From positions 937,913 to 1,001,912 of the forward strand of contig CAVSHI010000003.1 of the NCBI GenBank assembly GCA_963727845.1: DNA of 64,000 nt. The letters are read 5' to 3'. Shown piece by piece: positions 17,813 through 24,968 of the stretch. The position numbers were made by a program, and so were the translations under genes. The notes below the pieces were generated by a model, which did no database searches, was not told the DNA's origin, and saw only the letters and a program-made list of their open reading frames with translations. The number at the start of each line of letters is the position of its first letter. Positions within the stretch are counted from its first letter, which is position 1. The DNA comes from Ignavibacteriota bacterium. Lineage in GTDB: Bacteria; Bacteroidota; Ignavibacteria; UBA10030; SZUA-254.

Positions 17813-20302
17813 TCATATATGCAAGGCAATCTTCAAGACAACATTCCGCGGTTCTTCCCAGCTCGCTCCTGTGGTGTAAGCACCTTTGATTAGATGTATG
17901 TGATCCAATAGATTGGTAACATATATGGACGGTTCGAAAGAACTTCCTCCCTCGAGATGGAAGGTATGCCCTGCGCTAAAATTGAATATCCAATATGGAG
18001 TTGTATGTGCTGCCTGATTGAAATCGAACAATCCTGTTTTGTAGATGGAAACGTCCTCCGGGTGGCCGTTAGAAAGTCCGGATCCATACGTCACCTCGGG
18101 ATTGATATACCAATCTTGGGGCTGGTAGTTGATGGCAGCCACAATCGAAAGCCTTTGATCATGATCAAGGTCGGTTGCCGATCCGTCAGTGCTCGGGGGC
18201 AAGAAGCCCCCTGTCAGAGGACCCGAACCAACAGCATGAATGATTGAAGAGTTCAGGTGGCCCGAGAATGGGGTTGTCGGATCGCTATAGGAGAGTGAAC
18301 ACTCGATCCCGGTTGTCTTTACAGTGGCAATATTGAACGGGGTTTTGATTGCAGTATTACCGATTTGTGCATCATCCGTAAATGGACTGGCATACTTGAA
18401 GAAGGCCGCCGTTTTGAACCGGAGATTAACTGGAAAACTGTGGGTGTAGACGGCCTCATAGTAGGAGTCGCGCTCTGGAAATGTTGCTGTGACTGAGTTG
18501 CTTACACGTTGAGCTATCGATCTAAGTGCTTCAATATTTGTAGGCATGAAGAGCCTGCCGTAATACAGGTACGCTGAACTGTATTCATCTATGAGGAAAT
18601 TCCACCGGATTCTGGGGCTGACCTGTCGCTGGAGCGGAACCACTGGAGCGATATGTTGATCATAGCGGGTACCCAGATCGAACGAGGTCCAGTCGAGAGG
18701 ATGCCATTTAGTCTCCACGAAAATCCCACAATCTGAACCAGTGAAGTTGCTGAGGATTGATGGACCGGGGTTTTGCAAAGAATCACGAGATGTGAAATTC
18801 TCGGCCCCGCTGGTGCTACTAAGGTTGAATCCAACCTTATACATGAACTGGTGAGAAAGCCTCTCGTCGAACGTCGAGCGGATACCGAGCGTGGTAAAAC
18901 TTCTGTCCTCGAAGAGATTATAGTTTGTCGAATCTCCGGCAAATTGGAAGTTCGGTGGATCAATATCGCCAGGAGTATAGATCAAGTTACCTTCGCGCGT
19001 ATACGCTCCCATGAACAGGTTTTCCTCTTGACCGGGTTGTGAATTCATTTCACGGAAATAAGAAATTGCTTGCAATGAATTAGTTGTTGCCTGCACATCG
19101 GAAGTAATTTGCACCGTGGGATCGTAAGGAACTTGTGTGGAGGTTCTTCCAAAACTCAGATTTGCCGTTATGTAATCGATATCGCTAAGGATATAATCGA
19201 ACTTGCCGTAGAGAAAATAATCGAACCCATGGTCGTGAAACAGATTTGGCACGGGGGTGTCTATGCGACGATCTGTTTCCTGACGCGAGGCGGATGCATA
19301 ATATCCCAATTTGCCAAGGTGATCACTAATCGACAAAGCCTCGCCGTCTGAATTAAGTGCTCTGAAAGGGCCGACGCGACCGCCGAGTGTGTCACCTGGG
19401 ATAGCCGATGACGGGCCGGATGCGACTTCGGTTCCAGCCGAAAGGGGTTTGGTTCCATTGAACACAAGATAACTCCCCACATATGTCGAAGCATCGAGAT
19501 GAAATGTTCCTGTCGGGACACGGTTATTCAGGTCGATGATGGCAGACATCTGGCCACCGTACTCAGCGGGGAATCCTCCCGTGATGAAAGTTGCACGGTC
19601 TATGACTTTCGGATCGACAACTTCATTTAATCCCCCAAATACGCCCAGCGGAACCGGAATACCATCGATATAATACGTGAATTCTCCGTGTTGTCCCCGG
19701 ATATGGACTTCACTTGTAGGCGCCCGTGCTGCCCCCGTGAGGTTTTGCTGAATCAAGTTTGTCATTTGAGCCGTCGGCGGTGGGTGATAGGTTTCTGATT
19801 CAAAGGTTTGATTGCCAGTACTGACATTGATATTCGAAACGCCAGGTTCACGATGGCCGACCACTTCAACGCCCTGAAGTTGACTATCCTTTGGCCGGAG
19901 GTTAATTGTGCAGGTTGTGTGATCCTGATTTATCAGAACGGAATCCGTGTAAATCTCATAGCCGACGAACCAGGCGGTCAGCGTGTAAAAGCCTGGTTGT
20001 ATATTGCGAATCCAAACTTGTCCTGCCGTATTGGTTGCATCCTCAGCAACGACTTTTTTCCCATGCTGCAATACCACTCGTGCAAGGCCGATGGGGACTT
20101 TTTCATTAGCATCATAAACTGATATCCTGAAATCTATGCCCTCTTTGCCTTGTGGAGTGGAAATTGTCCGCTCTGCATGTGCGAAAGAGGTAATCCACAT
20201 AAACAGACATAATAGCATCATAGAGGAAATTCTTTGATGTACCATCTCTATAATTTGTCGCATAAATGCCATAGATCGTGTTCGCCTTTTTTCGAACATC
20301 AT
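17813..20302 (-). CDS. TonB-dependent outer-membrane receptor (CarboxypepD_reg-like N-domain + plug + beta-barrel)
   Basis: 829 aa. Signal peptide, then carboxypeptidase-regulatory-like segment (FRISVYDANEKVPIGLARVVL…GFYTLTAWFVGYEIY), plug-like region and long barrel. Start overlaps the stop of the upstream gene (ATGA at 20299-20302). Confidence 0.75.
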   Translation of the reverse strand: MMFEKRRTRSMAFMRQIIEMVHQRISSMMLLCLFMWITSFAHAERTISTPQGKEGIDFRISVYDANEKVPIGLARVVLQHGKKVVAEDATNTAGQVWIRNIQPGFYTLTAWFVGYEIYTDSVLINQDHTTCTINLRPKDSQLQGVEVVGHREPGVSNINVSTGNQTFESETYHPPPTAQMTNLIQQNLTGAARAPTSEVHIRGQHGEFTYYIDGIPVPLGVFGGLNEVVDPKVIDRATFITGGFPAEYGGQMSAIIDLNNRVPTGTFHLDASTYVGSYLVFNGTKPLSAGTEVASGPSSAIPGDTLGGRVGPFRALNSDGEALSISDHLGKLGYYASASRQETDRRIDTPVPNLFHDHGFDYFLYGKFDYILSDIDYITANLSFGRTSTQVPYDPTVQITSDVQATTNSLQAISYFREMNSQPGQEENLFMGAYTREGNLIYTPGDIDPPNFQFAGDSTNYNLFEDRSFTTLGIRSTFDERLSHQFMYKVGFNLSSTSGAENFTSRDSLQNPGPSILSNFTGSDCGIFVETKWHPLDWTSFDLGTRYDQHIAPVVPLQRQVSPRIRWNFLIDEYSSAYLYYGRLFMPTNIEALRSIAQRVSNSVTATFPERDSYYEAVYTHSFPVNLRFKTAAFFKYASPFTDDAQIGNTAIKTPFNIATVKTTGIECSLSYSDPTTPFSGHLNSSIIHAVGSGPLTGGFLPPSTDGSATDLDHDQRLSIVAAINYQPQDWYINPEVTYGSGLSNGHPEDVSIYKTGLFDFNQAAHTTPYWIFNFSAGHTFHLEGGSSFEPSIYVTNLLDHIHLIKGAYTTGASWEEPRNVVLKIALHI

Positions 20303-20817
20303 TGGAAGCCAAACAGTATGCCCGCAGATGCTCCCAAAGACTGCGAGGATCTCTCGCCAAACGTGGAGCTATAACCTGGCTCTATATACCAGCCCACGTT
20401 CGTTTTTGGCCAGCACATGAAGTCGAGAACGATTTCCATATCATAGGAGGTTGTACGATCGTTCCCACCAAATTTGTGAACCACTTCAGGCCCAAGGCCG
20501 AACATAAACTCCGCAGTGTGAGATAGTCGATATGGTTTCTTGAACAGAAGGTCAATTCCAACTTCGGTGTGATCCGAAGTTTGGAGTGCGGTTACGCCGC
20601 TTTCCAACTCGAGCCAATTTTCTATCGGTGTTACCTCGACCGCAAACGTGCCGCCGAATTGAAATGAAGATTCATTAAGATCCCATTCTCCTGCCGGTCC
20701 AATCTCGAGAACCAGACCATGATCCTTGTCGACATCCTCTTGAGCGAGGACAGAGCACGCGGAGCATTGAAGAACGCCAACGACGAGAATCATCCACAAT
20801 CTTACTTTACATCGCAT
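20299..20817 (-). CDS. small secreted hypothetical protein, first gene of the TBDR operon
   Basis: 172 aa with a signal peptide (MILVVGVLQCSACSVLAQ). Preceded by the DtxR/MntR-type operator and promoter. Confidence 0.6.
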   Translation of the reverse strand: MRCKVRLWMILVVGVLQCSACSVLAQEDVDKDHGLVLEIGPAGEWDLNESSFQFGGTFAVEVTPIENWLELESGVTALQTSDHTEVGIDLLFKKPYRLSHTAEFMFGLGPEVVHKFGGNDRTTSYDMEIVLDFMCWPKTNVGWYIEPGYSSTFGERSSQSLGASAGILFGFQ

Positions 20818-20844
20818 AGGTCTATTACAACGTTTTCATCATAT

Positions 20845-20887
20845 TTTAGGTATACCTAAATATAAGTTTTGGTGCACTGAAATGCAA
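20845..20887 (-). promoter_or_regulatory. sigma70-like promoter (-35 TTGCAT at 20882-20887, 17-nt spacer, -10 TATATT at 20859-20864) overlapped by perfect 16-bp palindrome TTTAGGTATACCTAAA (20845-20860)
   Basis: Palindrome resembles DtxR/MntR-family operators. The whole ~45-nt module is near-identical to the one upstream of mntR at 23738-23780. Confidence 0.6.
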
Positions 20888-21181
20888 GTCGGCTCGGACA
20901 TGGCCGCGCACACCGGGTGATCATTCGTCAATTGAACGAGGGGAAGAATTAATAGATCGGCAAGCTACGCCGGGAGATCAAATATTCACAAAGAATCGAC
21001 CCAAGAAGGGGAGCAGTCCAATTTTCATGATTCCTAAAATAACAATTGGATCAGTTTTACATCTAGGCACAGATAAAGACTCTGATCGCGATGATCTGAG
21101 AACAGAGTGGTGCCCAAATCAAGACCCGCGCCGGAGCAAACGCGAGATCCGGGTCTCCATGTCAACCAATGTGGAAGTCTT

Positions 21182-21598
21182 CTACTTCGCTTTGAGAAGA
21201 AGCACGGGCACGCTTATGTGGTGCCGGACTTTTGTGACCGTTGTCCCGAGAAACAGGTCGGCTACCAAACGGTGGCCGTGTGTGCTCATCGCTAGGAGAT
21301 CGCATCCCTCTTTCTGAATCCATTTGACAATTTCCTGGGCCGGTTCGCCGTAAGCCAATTCTGCTTCCGCCGGAATATTCTCTGAGCGGAATTCTGATTT
21401 CACTTTTTCCAAGTACGCCTTGTCCTCAACTACCTCCGGGCTGACGGCGTCGCGACCGAATATGCGAGCCGCCCAGCCATCGGCGACATGCAACAACACC
21501 ACCCGGCTTTGCATGAATCGGGCGAGTTGTTTGACGTGTTCGATGATCGCCCTGTCGGTGGGAGTGCCGTCCAGGGTTACAAGAATCGTTTTATACAT
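21182..21598 (-). CDS. universal stress protein (UspA family)
   Basis: 138-aa Usp fold (MYKTILVTLDGTP…VLLHV…GCDLLAMSTHGH…VPVLLL); last gene of the mntR-mntH-usp cluster. Confidence 0.75.
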   Translation of the reverse strand: MYKTILVTLDGTPTDRAIIEHVKQLARFMQSRVVLLHVADGWAARIFGRDAVSPEVVEDKAYLEKVKSEFRSENIPAEAELAYGEPAQEIVKWIQKEGCDLLAMSTHGHRLVADLFLGTTVTKVRHHISVPVLLLKAK

Positions 21599-21626
21599 GC
21601 CTGTTTCCTGTTTGCTGAGAAAAACC

Positions 21627-23045
21627 TCATCCGCCGATGATGACCCGCCACGCTTCCTTCAGTGACTCTGGAAGACTGTAGAGATCCATGACAGTTATGA
21701 GCAGGGCGCTTCCCCATCCCAATATAATCAGAAACCAGCCACTTGTCCACTTTCCCATTATCTTACGGGATGAAGCGAAATACAACAGGGGAAACATCGC
21801 AAAAGGCAATATGAGGCAGAGAATGACCTGACTGAGATTGACCAAATCCGTCACGCTGCCGCCTCCGCGGACACTGATGATCAGAATTGCCGGAACCACC
21901 GCAAGCGTCCGCGAGATCATCCTTCGCAGCCACGGACGGATACGCCAATTCATGAAGCCTTCCATCACGACCTGTCCGGCCAGCGTGCCGGTAATCGTGC
22001 TGCTTTGTCCACTGGCAAGCAATGCCACAGCAAAGAGCGTGCTCGCGAAGGTAGTACCGAGCAGCGGGGCCAATGTCAGGTGAGCTATACGGATCCAATC
22101 GCTGTCGGGGCTGAACATCACCACCTGCCCCCCCGCCACCGTTACACTATTCTTGCCGTAAAAAACCATCGCCGCCAGCACGAGGATCGCGGCGTTGACC
22201 ACGAACGCAACGGCCAGCGCGACGGAGGAATCAATGGTATTGAACCGAATCGCGTTACGAATCGAACGGTCATCGCGCTGGAACTTCCGCGTCTGAACAA
22301 GAGCAGAGTGAAGGAACAGGTTATGAGGCATGACGGTGGCGCCGATCATCCCGATAGCTATTACGAGCATGCCTGTTTGCCGAAAGCTGGGTTGAAGCAG
22401 CGCCTGACCCATCTCCAGAAAACTTGGTTGTGTCTGCGGGAGGATGAATATCTCGATGGCATAGCAGACGCCGATCGTAGCCACGAACACCGTGACAACG
22501 GCTTCAATCATCCGCATGCCAAATCCTTGCAAAGCAAGCAAGAGCAGAACATCGGCTGCGGTGATAACGATCGCCCAGGCAATGGGAATATGAAACAAGA
22601 GATTCAAAGCAACCGCACTGCCCAGCGCTTCGGCCAGATCCGTCGCACCAATGGCGATTTCCATAGAGATCCAGTTGGGCCAGCGGCTCCATTTCGGAAG
22701 ATAATCGCGGCAACACTGGGCAAGATCCTTCCCGGTGGCTACGCCCAAACGGGCTGAGATCACCTGAAGGATGACTGCCATGAAGCTTGCCAGTGCGATA
22801 ACCCACAGCAGGGCATATTTGAACTGTGCTCCCCCGGTGAGATCCGTTCCCCAATTGCCGGGATCCATGTAACCAACACTCACCAGCACTGCCGGCCCCA
22901 CAAACGCACGCCAGTTTTGCCAGAAACCGGCCTCGTTGTTCGGCACCGCCACCGTGTTGTGCATCCCCTCCAATGAAGGATGAGCGCGTGATTCCGGATT
23001 CTCAGGCGTCATGTTCTCTTCCGGCGACAATGGTTTTTTAAACAA
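21627..23045 (-). CDS. mntH: NRAMP-family divalent metal (Mn2+/Fe2+) transporter MntH
   Basis: NRAMP signature (GYMDPGNWGTDLTGGAQFKY) and ~11 TM helices. Overlaps the mntR stop by 8 nt. Confidence 0.85.
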   Translation of the reverse strand: MFKKPLSPEENMTPENPESRAHPSLEGMHNTVAVPNNEAGFWQNWRAFVGPAVLVSVGYMDPGNWGTDLTGGAQFKYALLWVIALASFMAVILQVISARLGVATGKDLAQCCRDYLPKWSRWPNWISMEIAIGATDLAEALGSAVALNLLFHIPIAWAIVITAADVLLLLALQGFGMRMIEAVVTVFVATIGVCYAIEIFILPQTQPSFLEMGQALLQPSFRQTGMLVIAIGMIGATVMPHNLFLHSALVQTRKFQRDDRSIRNAIRFNTIDSSVALAVAFVVNAAILVLAAMVFYGKNSVTVAGGQVVMFSPDSDWIRIAHLTLAPLLGTTFASTLFAVALLASGQSSTITGTLAGQVVMEGFMNWRIRPWLRRMISRTLAVVPAILIISVRGGGSVTDLVNLSQVILCLILPFAMFPLLYFASSRKIMGKWTSGWFLIILGWGSALLITVMDLYSLPESLKEAWRVIIGG

Positions 23046-23718
23046 CCTCTATAAAAATACTCTTTGCAAGCAGGGGGCTCAGCGGGATTTCTTTTCTCCC
23101 CACAATGACGATGACGGAGCCGTCAAACTTTATTTTCTGCTTGACCCGGACTTTCTTGTTCAGACCCAGGCCGAGCTTCGTGAGAAGCTGCAGGGCTTCC
23201 TGGCTTTCATCGCTGACGCGCACGATGATGCCGACGTCGTGAGCATCGCACTGGGAGAGCCGCCGATACGTGATTTTCTTGAGCACTCCATCGGCTGTCG
23301 GGATAGGATCTCCGTGGGGATCGACCTTGGGGTGGCCGAGTGCTTTATCGAGCCTGATCTCCATTTCATCAGACGTCACATGTTCGAGAAGCTCGGCCTC
23401 GTCATGAATTTCGTCCCACGTGTAGCAGAGAAATTTAACAAGAAACATTTCCCACAGGCGGTGCCGCCGCACCATTTTGAGCGCCACACGCCGTCCGGCT
23501 TCCGTGAGCGTTACACCCTGGTATGGCTCGTAATTGATAAGCTGTTTTTCCGAGAGTTTCTTGACCATGTCGGTGACGGAGCCGTCGCCGATCTTCAGGT
23601 GCTTTGCCAGGACTGATGTCGGGACGACCTGTTCGCCCGCCTTCGAAGTGTGTTCTGCAGCAAGGCGAATCTGTAGATGGTAAATGCTTTTGAGGTAATC
23701 TTCCGTTGATTGGTTCAT
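23038..23718 (-). CDS. mntR: DtxR/MntR-family metal-dependent transcriptional repressor with C-terminal FeoA/SH3-like domain
   Basis: N-terminal wHTH (MNQSTEDYLKSIYHLQ…SVLAKHLKIGDGSVTDMVKKL), metal-binding/dimerisation region (…HRLWEMFL…DEIHDEAELLEH…) and C-terminal FeoA-like domain. Confidence 0.8.
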   Translation of the reverse strand: MNQSTEDYLKSIYHLQIRLAAEHTSKAGEQVVPTSVLAKHLKIGDGSVTDMVKKLSEKQLINYEPYQGVTLTEAGRRVALKMVRRHRLWEMFLVKFLCYTWDEIHDEAELLEHVTSDEMEIRLDKALGHPKVDPHGDPIPTADGVLKKITYRRLSQCDAHDVGIIVRVSDESQEALQLLTKLGLGLNKKVRVKQKIKFDGSVIVIVGRKEIPLSPLLAKSIFIEVV

Positions 23719-23737
23719 TTTAGCGCATGTAATCTAT

Positions 23738-23780
23738 TTTAGGCATGCCTAAATATAGGTTTTGGTGTACGAAAATGCAA
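23738..23780 (-). promoter_or_regulatory. mntR promoter (-10 TATATT 23752-23757, -35 TTGCAT 23775-23780) overlapped by perfect 16-bp palindrome TTTAGGCATGCCTAAA (23738-23753)
   Basis: Same architecture and spacing as the module at 20845-20887; probable autoregulatory operator. Confidence 0.6.
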
Positions 23781-23847
23781 GTTGGCAGGGGACTGGGCCC
23801 TTACTGATGGGGGACTGGAGAAGGTTTTGCAACGTCCGGTGCTATGG

Positions 23848-23925
23848 CTTTCGAAACCCTCACCCTGTCACTCAGTGACATCCCTCTCCCATTTATGGGA
23901 GAGGGAGCGAGGGTGAGGGTTACAA
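23848..23925. repeat. nested triple-palindrome element (outer CCCTCACCCT/AGGGTGAGGG, inner GTCACTcAGTGAC, and CCCTCTCCCA-ttta-TGGGAGAGGG)
   Basis: Read directly: aaaCCCTCACCCTGTCACTCAGTGACATCCCTCTCCCATTTATGGGAGAGGGAGCGAGGGTGAGGGttac, in the intergenic region between marC and mntR. Confidence 0.6.
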
Positions 23926-24061
23926 TGACATTTGAGAAATCTCGAGATGTCTGGCAGTACGCATTGGATTACTTGGGGTTATTGTTTCAGGCGGCAGAGG
24001 CATCCAGGTGAGAATGAAGTTTTCCATCGATCAGTGAAACGTCGACCTAGCCCGCCTGCTC

Positions 24062-24739
24062 CTAACCCTGCCAGAAGCTCCGCTCCAGCACCAAATCCCG
24101 CACGCCATTGATCATGAATTGAATTCCAATACAGACGAGAAGGAACCCCATTATACGCGATAGACTATTGACGCCATTTACGCCCAGATAGCGGCGCAAG
24201 GCCGTCGCCCCGCGAAGGACCAACCACGAGATAATCGCGGTGATTATGATTGCCAAGACTACTCCGACAAAGCCTAGTATTTTATCCATCCCCCTCCATC
24301 CCGCGATAGATGATGACATCGTAATGACAACAGCGATGGATCCTGGTCCGCTCAAGCTCGGCATCGCGAGAGGGCTGAATGAAATATCTTGTTTCTTCCC
24401 CGCCTCCTCTTTACCCTCCTCAGTCAGCGGACCGCCGTCCGGAAACAACATGCGGAACCCGAGATATCCAATGACCATTCCACCTGCTATACGTATGCCC
24501 GGTACGGAGATACCGAATCCGACAATGATAAAGTGACCGGCGAAAAGGAACGCGAGCAGGATTGCCGTCATGTACATGCACGCCCGCGTGACCTGTCGAT
24601 TGCGTTCCTTCTCATCGATATGCGCGCTTATACTGAGAAGAAGGACGGCCGTGCCCACGGGGTTGATAATGGGGAGAAGGGTTACAAGCGTCACGCCGAT
24701 CCAGGAAAGAAATCCGCCAAAGCTATTCATCGCGCACAT
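24062..24739 (-). CDS. marC: MarC-family integral membrane protein (UPF0056)
   Basis: 225 aa with 6 TM helices and conserved MarC-type segments (LLPIINPVG…, GPGSIAVVI…). Start possibly at MNSFGG (24730). Confidence 0.7.
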   Translation of the reverse strand: MCAMNSFGGFLSWIGVTLVTLLPIINPVGTAVLLLSISAHIDEKERNRQVTRACMYMTAILLAFLFAGHFIIVGFGISVPGIRIAGGMVIGYLGFRMLFPDGGPLTEEGKEEAGKKQDISFSPLAMPSLSGPGSIAVVITMSSSIAGWRGMDKILGFVGVVLAIIITAIISWLVLRGATALRRYLGVNGVNSLSRIMGFLLVCIGIQFMINGVRDLVLERSFWQG

Positions 24740-24968
24740 CTCCCCACGCGAGAAGCCGTGACCACAAGATCAACTCCATCACACAGATCGATCAAGACCC
24801 AAGGATTTCCTCGTCCGTGAAGTACCTGATTTCCAACAGATAAACAAACTGTTAACGCTCGGCACCATTTCATATCAGCATACCACCTCTCTTCCTGATC
24901 TATTGAATTGAGAGCAATCCACGACCCAATATACAAAAATACCAACTAGATCCCTTTTCGGCACCAGG

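Noticed and set aside
22005-22757. 250-aa plus-strand ORF inside mntH
   Set aside because: Antisense to NRAMP transporter; highly charged random-looking translation.
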